From positions 149,358,001-149,422,000 of the forward strand of contig NC_042997.1 in assembly GCF_006345805.1 (NCBI RefSeq): a stretch of 64,000 bases of DNA, written 5' to 3'. Both the position numbers and the translations under genes were made by a program. This DNA is from Octopus sinensis. Its lineage: Eukaryota. This document shows positions 12,808 through 26,159 of the stretch, piece by piece. The first letter of the stretch is position 1; each line of letters starts with the position of its first letter. Under the pieces are notes generated by a model that ran no database searches, was not told the DNA's origin, and worked only from the letters and a program-made list of their open reading frames with translations.

Positions 12808-12979
12808 CAATTATTGTGACACTCTTAATTATTTTATTTGTGTGGCAATTACTGTGACAATATTAATTAACTTTTACCGATTCTTATTTCAGATACTCAT
12901 TACTCATTCCAATTTCGTTTTATTTGTGCGGTAATTATTGTGACAATCTTAATTAACAATTCACCGATTCTCATTTCAG
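12808..12979. repeat. Degenerate tandem duplication, period ~86 bp
   Basis: ttttatttgtg..g.aatta.tgtgacaat.ttaattaac...accgattct.atttcag at 12832-12892 and 12918-12979, plus a partial copy at 12808. Confidence 0.85.
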
Positions 12980-14326
12980 TTATGTGATTTCTCTCATGTG
13001 TATTTATTAGGAATATCGCTTGATGGTATGAACGGATGCGAGTTTCCTTCCTACAAGCAAGCATTCCGATACTTCTAAAATCTTCATGATCATAAAAAAT
13101 ATTACAAAACATGACGCTCCCAGGAACTCATTTTGTGAAAGGATGTTCATCATAAAAAAACAGCTCACAACACAATCACCATATCACACGCTTCAGCAAA
13201 CTAGAAAATGTTTTCGGAAAGCGCACTACTTTAAAATGCATGCATAAGCGATAGCCATTAAAAAATAAAGAAAAAATAATAATGTATTTGAAGCCCCGTC
13301 GTTTTTTTGATATCACCAACACGGATACTGAGATGTTCCTTGATTATTGAGTGAATTGCGAGTTTCTTTAAGAGAAACACCATAAAGAACTATCAAATTC
13401 AAATAGAGTTTTAAGTTAAATACTGTATAAAAATTCGAGTGAAAGAATAAGGGAACGAACTGTTAAACTGAAAACTATGATGGGATAATGTAGTTTTCAT
13501 GCTATAAAAAAGCTTAGCAGATCAGGTGCGAGTTTTAAGGAATACCCATGTGAATTGCATATCACGAGAATATATCGGCTATTGATTCATTCTTGTATTT
13601 TGCTTCCAAATCACATCTGTCACTGGTGTCGCGAAAACATTGTCAAGGACAGAAAATACAAACGCAATCTTATAAAATCTGAAATATTATGGAGCGACTG
13701 ATCGAGTAAAGGATACATGATTCGGCAACAACTTCTGCTAATGTGGTTACTATCCATACGCTATAGTGGATGCTATCACAGATAAGAACATGCAACAACC
13801 AGGTACAATACTCTTGATACCGAACGATTTTTGTAACATCCCTATCTACAGAGTCAAGTGATTTAGACATTTTGCTTTTGAAAACCATTCGTAGATATTT
13901 GTTTTGCATTGATTGACTATCTACGGTTGCTTGTCCCTTAGGAACAAGGAATTCGAGTTTGTTTTGTTACTTTCCTGTTCTTGTGCAAATGAAAGCATAT
14001 ACGTTTTGTGCATACAAGATTTAGAGAATGAAGATTCTATTTTTCATGTCCACGCAAGATACTAAGACAGGATGCCGTCTACTCATTGTTCTACCAGCCG
14101 GAGAAGTTAATGGGTTTAATGACTTTATATGACCTTGCTTCGATTGGAGTATTTGCAGAATATTCGGTTCAGTACGTGAGAATTTTCCGACAGGGCGCGG
14201 AAAGTAATGGAATAGAAAATAGTACAGTTGCGACATAACGGTTACCAATAAGTTCCGTATTTTTGACGTCAAATTCTGTATGAATGAAATTTTGGGTTAT
14301 TATCTCCACTATTACAATAGTGTACA

Positions 14327-14515
14327 GGCGGTGAGCTGACAGAATCCTTACCGTGCGGGGAAAATGTTTAGCGTCATTCCTCCCAACATTACGTTCTGAG
14401 TTCGAATGTCCCCGAACCCTATTTTTATCTCATTCTTTCGGGGTTTATAGAATCTGTACCGGTCGAGAAATTGAATTTGCTGGCCTTGTGCCAAAATTTT
14501 AAATCAATATTACAA
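14327..14515 (+). mobile_element. tRNA-derived SINE family B (Nin-domain-like), decayed
   Basis: ggcggtgagctgacagaatc...acgttctgagttcgaat...tctttcggggtttataga; homologous to the 24404 copy. Confidence 0.75.
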
Positions 14516-15678
14516 TCGTGTGTTCTGGTCAAGAAAGTAGATGGTAAATCATTAGGGAAAAGCGAACAGCTAAAACTTCTAATAGAAAGCAATTATTAAA
14601 TGGTTGACCGTCTGGAAACATTTTTATACATTCATGTCCTAAGAAATTTTCTGTGGTTTCTATTTCTCAAGTAAATTGAGTTTTTTAACCCCAATTTCTC
14701 GCAAATTTGAATATTCACTGCGTCCAATTAATTATAAATTTAAATACCCATTGCATTCACTGCGGAGTATTCCATTTTTATTTGCAAAGTCTCTCACATT
14801 CTCTTTGAAAATTAAATCCAAAATATACCTGTTTAATTTTGAACTCAGGATATCCATGAGGAGAGCCTAGAAAGTTAAGTAATTACTATTAGAAAACGAG
14901 GAGAAAAAAAAACAAAGTTACCGACAAGTACTCGAAACTAGCACTTTGTTCACAGTTTCCAAACACAATTTCAACAGTGACTCACACATACATACACACA
15001 CACATAAACACACATACACTCACACAGACAACAGTACACACTTGCGCACACATAGATACATATACACACAAATGAAAGGCAATTAATGTGTATGTGTGTG
15101 TATGTGTGTGTGCGTGCGTGTGCGCGTGTGTGTGCTGTTACCTGAAAAACCTTCGTGCCGCATCAGTTTTGTGAAATTTTATATTTGAACAAATCGCGGT
15201 TTCAAAACGACGAAAATATTTTGACTGAAATGAAGTTTTAATGTTGTGTGTTAACAAGCATCTTCCATAACAGAGTTTTAAAAACTTTTTAATACAAAGA
15301 TCCCCACCACAACCACATTATTTCGAAGGCTGTGGTTTTAAAAAATGGGGAAAATCCCCGTAATCATTTTCCCCAGAAATTCCTTTATAATCTATACCGT
15401 TTGAAAGAGATTTGTATAATTAAAAGATACCCAGCCTCCTCAAAGTTATGAGGGGGAAAATGTCAGATCGTGTGAATTTTCTGTAACTCCTCTCTCCAGC
15501 CACTCGTAAAAATTCTTTCCCATAAATCCCTATATACACTGACACCACAATATCTAAGTGGTATATGTAGATAATTTTGTTAAAAAGTATTCATTTTTCT
15601 GGATGTTATCAGCCAAATGCCCTTTTATTTATACGACTTTTTGCGTTTCATGTTTATTTCCTTAATTGCTAGCATTGT

Positions 15679-15711
<33 letters not shown>

Positions 15712-16154
15712 ACATACACACACACACTACACATCTTACAGATGGGCTGCTGAATTGAAATATCTATGTTGCTTTGTGTGGAAGGTAAAATTCGGCAAAC
15801 TGCTTATCCCTCTGTTGTTAGATTACCGTGATGTTTGCTTAAAATCAAAGAGATTATGACAGCGATAAAATAATGAAACTGCTATTTACTAAGCAACTGA
15901 GCACTATTATATAAGTAAATAATTAAACGTAAAATATTAAAAATATTAGAAATTGCATTCAAATGTGAAATGGAGGACGGTCTTCCTGTTAGTATATACA
16001 ATGAAGTAATATATACATCTGGATGCAATATAATGCCATACAGGAAAATTCAATCGTCACTAAATGCGACACAGAGTGAGTAGACACCCACATTGCAAGA
16101 AATAGCAGTAAAATATTCCCTATGCTCCAGGAAGAGTGCAAATTCATACGCATA

Positions 16155-16239
<85 letters not shown>

Positions 16240-16851
16240 TGTATGTATGTGCCTGTACATGTGCATTTATATGTGCGTGTGTAAACATGTTTAAAGGAGT
16301 TTATTAATCGTGAGAGGGGAAAGGAGAGATTATCTTCATTGTAAACAAAAACATAAGGATATAATTCAAATTTACAAGAAGCAGGAGCGGAAATATTTAC
16401 AAATAAATAAAGGAAATAAAATACAATATAGAGAAAGAAAGCAAGGAAGATAATGTGCAGAATTCACAACCGTTTTTTCGAAATAAAACCCAGCTAAATC
16501 AATTTGCTTGCTAAAATAAACCAGATAATTGTATTTATTGTTTTCAGTAATTTTGATTCTTAATTTAATTTTTTTATCGACTCTTGAAAACTTTATTTTC
16601 ATATTTTTTCAAATAGTATTTCTTTTTGTCTCATTGATTTTTTGGAATTTAGATTTGCTGAATTCTTTCATTCCATGTTCACATTAAATTTTGTTTGTAG
16701 GGCATTGTTTTACTGATACATTTAAATTGACTGAAAGTAAAATGTTTATCGGTCGTACGACGAAGACAAAATGCATGCTTATCGGTCATACGTTACAAGA
16801 AAGAAACGCTTGTCATTAATATTGCTTAATCCCACTCTAGTCCAATATCAT

Positions 16852-17003
16852 CATCATCATCATCTTTTTCTCCTCCTCCTCCTCCTCCTCCTCCCCCTCC
16901 TTCCTCTTCTTCTTTTTCTTCTTCTTCTTCTTCTTCTTCTTTTTCTTCTCCTCCGCATCCTCCTTATTCTTCTCCTTCTTCCTCTGCTTCTTCTTCCTCG
17001 TCT

Positions 17004-17035
<32 letters not shown>

Positions 17036-17180
17036 TTCCTTTTCTTCTTCTTCTTCTTCTTTCTATTGTTGTTGTTGTTCTTCTTCTTTCTATTGTTGTT
17101 GTTGTTGTTTTTCTTCTTTCTCTTGTTGTTGTTGTTGTTGTTCTTCTTCTTCTTCTTCTTCTTCTTCTTGTAGTTGTTAT
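16852..17180. repeat. Compound trinucleotide microsatellite (CAT/CTC/CTT/GTT)
   Basis: Direct inspection; source of the spurious poly-L ORF 16771-17304. Confidence 0.97.
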
Positions 17181-17349
17181 TATTCTTACAAAGAGTGTGT
17201 TACTTCATCTTCCTTTTTATAAGCCGGGCTATTTGGGTTATTGGTTGAATATCAAGTGCCTCATGTATAGTGGGTATGTTGTGTGTGATAACGGTTTTAT
17301 CTGAGTTGTTCTATTCAATCGTGAGTTACTCGGTTGAATTGTTACTGTA

Positions 17350-17403
<54 letters not shown>

Positions 17404-17404
<1 letters not shown>

Positions 17405-17923
17405 GAGTGAGAGAGCAGTACATGCCATAAAAGTGACACGGGTAAAAAATATACGAAACCCAGTATACACGTCATTACTACAAGTCTGATAAGGGTACAC
17501 CAAGCATATGCATCACAACCATATGAGCACGATGCGGTGATCTCATATCAAGATAATCATCACACGACCTTGCAGGTGGGGCCCAGTTAGAATTTTCTTC
17601 ATGAGGAGTAGCCCAAACCGGTCAAAAGGCCCCTGAATAAATATTGTTTAAGGATACTGAATAAAACACTCATGTTTCCAATGGTGAATTATCTAAACCC
17701 CAAAGAATTCCTTTCAACACATGGCTATGATGTCCCTCGACTACTTCAGTTCGTGGTCAGAGATACACATATTGTTAGCCACTAAGGGAAATGCTCATCC
17801 GGTTACGGTCAAACGACTGACAAGCAAATCTGTGGTATTGAGCAGAATATTTGCTGTAGTCCATCTGTTATACCAAGGCAAAGCAATGTACATTACATTT
17901 CCAATCAGTTATGATTAGAAGCC
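17404..17923 (-). mobile_element. Unnamed ~520 bp element C, copy 1, with (AAT)n at its inferred 3' end
   Basis: Colinear with 18807-19324 over its whole length (roughly 80% identity by eye); abuts (ATT)n at 17347-17404. Strand is inferred from the tail and from the truncation of copy 3. Confidence 0.85.
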
Positions 17924-17980
17924 ATGATAGCCACTGCCCGTTACTGCATTGGGGCATTTCTTCTTCTTCTTCTTCTTCTT

Positions 17981-18011
<31 letters not shown>

Positions 18012-18074
18012 TTATTATTATTATTATTATATTATTATTATTATTATTATTATTTTATTATTATTATTATGTTT

Positions 18075-18596
18075 ATTATTGTTCCTTCGTAACACAGTGT
18101 AGGGAAAAACGCACCGGAGTATCTTGACATCTGTCAAGTCACAACAAGGACCTCAGACAGCTAATACTTTCCTTAAGATGTGCTGTGTACCCAATAAGGC
18201 TGCTTTTTGCAAGACGTCAATCTTGCATGGGATTTCCAGGTGTCTTAAGAAATCTTGAAGTTTCAATGGGATTGAGCCAACGCTCCAGTAACCACTGGTA
18301 TCATTTTGACATTACCTTCTCGCATTCCATAGAGTCTTACCATTTCCACTTTTAGTTCGAAGTACCTGGTAGTTTTTTCAACCTCTTTACTCACAGCATT
18401 CATGTCATTTGGTATGGCTACATCAATTATCTGACAGTATTTGTCTCACTTATTCAATATGACAATATCAGGCCGACGGTGTGCGATTACACGATCCTTC
18501 TGGAAATCATAGTCCCAGAGTATCCTTACTTTTCCATCTTCCTGCATAACTTTAGTTGGTACATGCTCATACAAGTTCCCTGTTACGTCATATTGT
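18075..18596 (-). mobile_element. Dong/R4-clade RLE non-LTR retrotransposon, 3' fragment
   Basis: YEHVPTKVMQEDGKVRILWDYDFQKDRVIAHRRPDIVI...IIDVAIP...KEVEK...IPVVTGALG...LQKAALLGTQHILRKVLAV* (stop 18153-18155); short 3' UTR, then (TAA)n. Confidence 0.92.
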
Positions 18597-18711
18597 TATT
18601 TATTGCATAAGAGCCAACGAAGATGCACACACACTTCATCGTGGCGGCGTTTGTATTTTTTTTATGCAAGGCTCTCACATCCAGCGGGTCACAATTTCCA
18701 CAATCATCATT

Positions 18712-18777
<66 letters not shown>

Positions 18778-18806
18778 GTCCTCATCATCATCATAATCAT
18801 CATCAT

Positions 18807-19323
18807 TGGGTGAGAGAGCAGTGCATGCCATCAAAGTGAGGTAAAGTATACGAAGCCCAGTATACCCATCATGACTACCCGTCTGATAAGGGTTCAACAG
18901 GCACATGCATCACAACCATATGTGCGCGTCAAGGTGATCTCATATCAAGATAAACAACGCACGACTTTGCAGGTGGGGCCCAGTTAGAATTTTCTTCTGG
19001 TTGAGTAGCCCATCCCGCTCAAAAGGTCCCTGAATACGTATTGTGTAAGGATGTTGAACGAACAACCCATGTTTCCAATGGTGAATTATCCAAACCTCTA
19101 AGAATTCCTTTCAACACATGGCTATGATGCTCCCCCACTACTTCTGCTTGTCATCAGAGATACACATATCGTCAGCCACCAAGGGACATGCTCAACTGGT
19201 TAAGGTCAAACAACTGATAATCAAATCTGTGGTATTAAGCAGAATATTTGCCAAGACAAAACCAATTATACCAAGACAAAACAATGTACATGATAACACT
19301 TCCAGTCAGTTAAGATCAGAAGC

Positions 19324-19324
<1 letters not shown>
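18807..19324 (-). mobile_element. Unnamed ~520 bp element C, copy 2
   Basis: Full-length homologue of 17404-17923, embedded between (ATC)n 18703-18805 and (ATT)n 19325-19452. Confidence 0.85.
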
Positions 19325-19369
<45 letters not shown>

Positions 19370-19388
19370 GTTATTATTATTATTATTA

Positions 19389-19453
<65 letters not shown>

Positions 19454-20682
19454 GCTACAGATTGTTTGTCACACTTTATTCTTTGTTTCAGCATTCAGTC
19501 CTGCCAAAAGATCCTTTTCTTTTCCTGTAATGGATTTATAAATGCAAAATATTTCAGATGATAGTTCGATGATAACAAATATTTTTTGTAATTTAAAAAT
19601 ATATTAAAAACGGATCATTTGATAGGATAAACATTATAATGCTTCATTACTTAAACGTGCATCGTTTCGTAGGCAGAATTAGTTCATGTGAATTTGAAAG
19701 GAACTTTATTCTTTTAACCATATGTTCCGTTAATTAAAGACTTAGAGACGATGTTAAACTAAATTAATAAATAATAGAATCTGATATATCTCCTAACGCA
19801 ACTACTTGAAGGTGCCGCGTAAGATTTAATTTATTTTGGTTACAAATACTGAAAGCAAATTCTTCTAATCCTTTTCTTAATTGATATTTGAACTGTCTAC
19901 AGTTTGATATGTAAAGCCACATAAATACTTAATCCTAAAACCCATAATGATTTTTTCCCCTTTTATGCAGTCAGAAATTAGTATTGACAAATTAATATAT
20001 GGGATATTTAATATTATTGTTTGCATTGCGCGACGGTTTGTGTTGCTATAATCTATTTCGCAAACCTTACACTGCCTAGCAACTAAATTAAGTATTCTCT
20101 ACATTCCAGAAATAACGGAGTGTCAGGGTTTATATTAAAATAAAGATTAGATTCGGTAAACTCATTATCCACAATGCAATAGTTAAGTCTCCATCAACGT
20201 ATACTTTTAGAAAATCCAGCAGAATTCAATCAAAATATGGCACATAAATTAAAAATCGATAACAAATACTTGAAATAGTATTTTAATACGTTGAACAAAA
20301 GTGGAAAAATATACATGTATACGCAGTTTCAAATATAATTCAATACTTATCTAATTAAAAATTTGGCGTTCTTGCCTTCATTCAAATCTTAAGATTTGAA
20401 AATAAAAATGTCATAGATAGTAGAAAACTACATATTGATACCTCGTTATATTTAACAGAGGTATGAAATTTGGATTCCTTAATGTTACATGATCAATAAA
20501 CTGACCATAGGACTGCACCAACAAAGTTCCCCTCCGAGACACGAAATAGGGCAAGGTTGTTTGTAGAAGGCCAGCAGTCGCTCATGGACACCAGTGTTTC
20601 CTCTCCACAGCACCGATGTTGTCCAAGGAAGGCAAGGACCGTTATAGCATGTCGCTAGTGATGTTGCAATACTTTTGTACAG

Positions 20683-20740
20683 CTGAGTGATCTGGAGACA
20701 AATGCACTGCAGTTACCGCGGAGAAAATATCTCTCTTATG
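20683..20740 (+). CDS. Weak candidate exon
   Basis: cttttgtacag|CTGAGT...TATG|gtagaa; open frame LSDLETNALQLPRRKYLSY; donor is weak. Confidence 0.2.
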
Positions 20741-21354
20741 GTAGAAAGTGTGTCGGACTATTATTATGAATAAGCTAACGGGAAATAAACATAGAGTTTC
20801 TATACTCGAATTCTTCATTATCTTTATTATCAACACACACACAGACACACACACACAGACACACACACACATACACACACGCGCACACAAGCACATACAT
20901 ATATATGCTTATACAAAATCCATACCTCCATATGTATTATGTACATACCAACATATTTGTAGTGTTGTACTTAGATATATTTCAATGGATTCATCATATA
21001 AATGTTTTTCTTTCGCAACATTCACACAGCCAACCCTCTTGCCATGCATCTTTTTGAGATATGTAATGAAATCAGAACGAAATATATGATAGTGTTTGCC
21101 ATATTTCAAAATATGGAAGTGATACTGGTGCTGTGAGACATTCAATGGTTTGCGCAGAATGAAACTTTTATTACCAAGGCATTAAGTCATACAAATTTAT
21201 ATACATTTCTATATAATTTTAGTGTACATAGAGACTGTGATACTAAGTTGTGGCTACATACAGTTTGAAATGAGAAAGAGAAAGTTCGTAGCCAAAGTTA
21301 TATTAGAAAACTGTCGGGAAGAGTGATTCACATTTCAATATATTATTTGAGACT

Positions 21355-21660
21355 ACGATGATGATGATGATGATGATCATCATCATCATCATGGCGGTGA
21401 TAACGAAGACGATGACATGATGTTTGTGATGGTGATGATGATGATAATGCTGATGATAATGATGATGTTGATGACGATGATGGTGATGGTGATGACGACG
21501 ACGGCTACGACGACGACGACAAGGATGCTCATGATGACGATGATTGAGAGGAGATGGAGGAGGAGGGGCAGACGATGATGATGAAGATGATGGTGAGGAT
21601 GAGGATGGCGAAGACGATGACGTCTGTGATGATGATAATAATGATGATGATGTATATGAT
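21355..21660. repeat. Degenerate (GAT/GAC/GAG)n trinucleotide tract
   Basis: Direct inspection; similar tracts at 29175-29225 and 44040-44215. Confidence 0.92.
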
Positions 21661-21992
21661 AGGGGAAGGAAGATGAAGAATATGACAACAACGCCTGATA
21701 ATTCCTTTAGTAACAGAGTGTTTTATATGTAAATGAACTCTGTTCCGAGCGTTCGATCGCAAACATAGCTATAAAGGGAGTGACCTTTTGACCTTTTTGC
21801 TGATTGAAAGACAAGAAGTGGGTGAGGGAGAGAGGAATACTGTGTAAACTGAGGATTCTCGGCCTATTTTCGCAGAATATCTGTGGATCACTATCAATCA
21901 GCGAGAATTAAAACGTGAAATGTACTGAAATAATTTATTAAATACCATTCTGTTACAACAACAATGGAAAATGTCAAACTAAATATCAATAT

Positions 21993-22495
21993 CAGTCATT
22001 TCCACCGCGGCCATGCTGGAGCAGCACTTTAGAGGGTTCTAGGCGAACAAAATGACTCCAGGACTTATGTTCCAGCTTGGTACTTATTCTATCGGGCTCT
22101 TTTGCCGAACCGCTAAGTTACAGGTACCTAATCACACCAAAAACCGATTGACCAGCGGTGATGGGGGAAACACAGGCACAGTGATAAACACACATGGATA
22201 TATACTTATGTATACGACGGGATTCTTTGACTTCCCGTCGTCCATATCAAACTAACACAAGTAATATTAGATAACATGTTGCGGTAAACCAGTTATTCGC
22301 TCTCATACATGCTGAAACAAATACGTGTAGCCATACATTTATATACATGCATCAATAAAAATGCATGCACGCGTGCGCACACACACACATACATATGACA
22401 GGCTTCTTTCAGTTCCGTTCCTCAAATATACTCACAAGGTTTTAGTAGGTCCGAATCCATAGTACAAAACATTAATCCATGGTGCCACGCAGTGG

Positions 22496-22499
<4 letters not shown>
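21993..22499 (-). mobile_element. SINE family A, interrupted, head truncated at (TA)n
   Basis: 3' part cagtcatttccaccgcggccatgctggagc... and 5' part gacaggcttctttcag...gccacgcagtgggac ending in the TA run. Confidence 0.8.
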
Positions 22500-22560
<61 letters not shown>

Positions 22561-23497
22561 CATACATACATATATATACATATATTTATGTACATGTATA
22601 AAGAAAGAGAGATAGAGAGAGTGAGAGAGGTGCAAACAGAGAGATACGCATGTACTTATACATGCATCTAAACACACGATGATGTAATCCGCCTTTACCC
22701 GCCTCTCGTAATTTCAATTTCTGCTACTGACACTTTGCCTTCGAAGATTTAAATATTGTTAAGTCCAGATTAAAGCCACGGTGTAGTCACTGTATCAAAT
22801 GTGTTTCTTTCATCACCAAATAGTATTTAAAGTATGTCTGTATTCAAATTTCTCGAGGAGCGTTTTCTTTAGAGAATGAAAGGCAATAATTTAAAAGTAT
22901 TAACACAACCAGCCTAACTTTGTTTATAACGTTTGGACTGATGTAAACGCCCTGGAAAATCATTTCATGTGTACGACGAATGCTAAAATACATCGAAAGT
23001 CCATTATCGGTTGACGAATTTTCCGTAAAATCATTTCATATAGAATACAAATTCTAAAATGCCTGTGGTTATAAACGGCACGTCCAAGTTTCACTGGTTG
23101 TACTTATTCATATTCGTTACAAAAGTTGCTACTGTTGCTATTACTTAATTTGTACATAGCGCGCCGAGATTTTACTACACCACTTGCTGTTTCACCAGTG
23201 TTGTTCTCTAAGGGTTTGACTGATTTTCTGATTGGCACTTAGCTTGGCGAGCTGCCGCTGTTGGCCTGCGATGCTGTGAAATCCCGTGTTACGATAGTGC
23301 CACCCGCCGGTGTTCTAACGGAATGTCGTAAACCGATAATATAATTTCGATGCATCTGTTGCATACACGAAATGATTTTTCGAGATGTTTACGGGTATCT
23401 ATGGATTTATAAACAATACAAATCAGAGTGGAATTACCAGTTAATATTTGTTACAAAATCTGCTACATTTGCGTGTGTGTGCGTGCTGGTGTGTGTT

Positions 23498-23530
<33 letters not shown>

Positions 23531-24403
23531 GTTTAGGTGGGTGCTTCATTTGTAAGTGCACATATATGTATGATGCGCATGATCTGTGTTCATGTGTGCA
23601 TTTGCTTAAAAATTATTCTATATAGCTGCGTTTATTTGCATGTAATCACGTATGTATATATTCATGCTTGTATATTCATGTGTGTATATGTGCGTCATTG
23701 AGGATTCGTCCTCCACAAAATCTTTATGGAGTATATCACAATAAAATTATATCTGTGTAAAAATCTCATATCACAATTCGTTACAGAATGAATTGTATAA
23801 CATTGATTAGATGTAGAATGTTTCAAAATTCTGTACACGTAGGGTAAACTATGACGTAAGATTTTCTAAAGAGTTAAGAATATTTTAATGACTAAACAAA
23901 ACACGTGAAATGATTTTCAATTTATTGAAGCCTTTAGGTGATGCGCCGATAACATAGTTTCTCCTCAGTCACACCACCTGATACAATTAACAAAAAATAT
24001 CTTTCAACCCAGTTTTTTCTTGTATAACGAATCGTTGCCGCTATAACATATGTGATAATATGCCTATTAGTTCGGAGCTGATAAGGTGTAAAGTAATGAC
24101 AACATTAACGACGACGGCAATCAGATCATCAACAACGACAATAACAGGAAAACCATGCAAAAACAAAAACAGCAACAACTACTCAAAATATACATTTTTT
24201 TTTCTATCTAGAAATCTTCCATAACATTTATATACTTTATATTTTTTATGGTGGCAGCGCATAAAATTCATTAATTTCGTTATTTAGATGGTTTGAGGTA
24301 TGGCCTTTCCTTTCTTAGCAATAACTTTCATCAATTTAATTCATTAAGTAGGACCTGTGCCGTAAGAAACAAGCTTCGAATATATTCTACCTTTCTGTTA
24401 TAC

Positions 24404-24618
24404 TTAAGGGGGGCGTGCTGGCAGAAACGTTAGCACGCCTTGCGAAATGCGTAGCCGTATTTCGTCTGCCGTTACGTTCTGATTTCAAATTCCGCCGAGG
24501 TCTACTTTGCCTTTCATCGTTTCGGGGTCGATAAATTAAGTACCAGTTACGCACTGGAGTCGATGTCTGTCCTTGTTTGTCCTCTCTGTGTTTAGCCCCT
24601 TGTGGGCAGTAAAGAAAT
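24404..24618 (+). mobile_element. SINE family B (Nin-domain-like) with a 24 bp flanking direct repeat
   Basis: gggggcgtgctggcagaaacgttagc...gcctttcatcgtttcggggtcgataaattaagtaccag; flanked by atatattctacctttctgttatac at 24380-24403 and 24619-24642. Confidence 0.92.
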
Positions 24619-26159
24619 ATATATTCTACCTTTCTGTTATACATATTTCCTGAGCTGTAGGAAAATATACATATATATATCTAACATCGATATATATTTC
24701 TATATGCACATGGTGATGCAATATCACTATATTTATCCTTGACAAACATCTGGACATTCTGCCATCATTGCATGTAAAAGTTTGTAGATCTTTCGGTTAA
24801 ACGGATATTTTATTTTGTCTACTATCACATAAATTACTTTCAAAAGAAATCGAATGTTATTTGGCACATATAGTAATTGGAAATGTTAAATTGCAACGTA
24901 ATAAACATCAATATTCTGAGGTGTCAAGTTTATCTAAAATTTTCCTTATTAACTTTCTTTCTTCAGAATACTAAATGAGACACTTATTAAAATTTTGCTC
25001 CGAAAGGAATTCTACTAGATAAGAATACGTCTAATTATGAGATCAATAATGATAGCAGGAACGCTTTAGCTGCTTCTGTTTAATATTTGACCTGAAAATA
25101 AGTAGGTATATTGCTAAAATGTTTCAAAGTATCATTAATTCTACTAGTATTATTTATTCATTGTTTTAAATCTTTGTTACCGTTGCTTTAGTGTTTTCTT
25201 GGCGCACATGTAGTTAGTAGTAAGTTATTTACATTCTACTACCGTAGATATTCTTAATTAGAATTAGAACCATTATTACACATGAAAAATTAATGAATGT
25301 CGCATATCTTATGAGTAAAAAAATTGCTTCGTATAATGCAACGCAAATGAGAATATTTTAAAGCATTAAGATCCATTATACTAAAAAAGAAAGAGAAAAA
25401 CTACTAAACTTTATTTATTTGCTGCTTTAAAAGCAATTTTAAAATATGGGTCAATGTTTCAAGAATGCCGTAATGCTAATATAACAATTTCAGGATACAT
25501 GCTTTGCAAAAGTCAAGTAATATGATTCATAATATACCAACTATGCTGTGGAGCTTTTAGGTATGTACTCGTCGGCCTGCATGGTCGAGCATATCATTTC
25601 AGCTATGACCATCTCATCGTATTTTCTTAGGTAGAGAAAATCTAATATCATATGCACTAGATTTATATCCTTCTTTTTAAATAAATTTGACTTGCAAAGG
25701 ATTTTACCAACTTTTTCTTCATCGTACATCGAAGATGCACCTACAGTCTCCACTTACTGATCCTTATATGATGTACTCTTTTTGTATATACTTGTAAATT
25801 TGTATGAGATCATAGGTAAAGTTAATACACTTATCAACCTAGTTACTATTTTTTTTTGCCATTGTAGCTATGTTAACTTCGGGCAATACATAACCATTGA
25901 AATATTTACGAAATGAATAATATACTCGTCAAATCGCAAAGGAGATCGAGATGGTATATTGTATAATGAGTATAACTGGGATTTACAATGTGATCACATA
26001 CGCTCGTCGAACATATTGACAGATATCGAAAGTGCATATTGTGGAGAAAAGGTATTGATATTTTTTATTTATTCATTAAGGTACCTATTTAAATGATCAG
26101 ATTTAAAGATAGTTGTATGTAAATGCAAAATATGTAAGATATATTCCTTTCTACTCTAG

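Noticed and set aside
25541-25753. 70 aa minus ORF with faint chromo/Tudor-knot resemblance (KIL...LVH...RKYDEMV)
   Set aside because: The diagnostic aromatic-cage tryptophans are absent and the splice context is not coherent.
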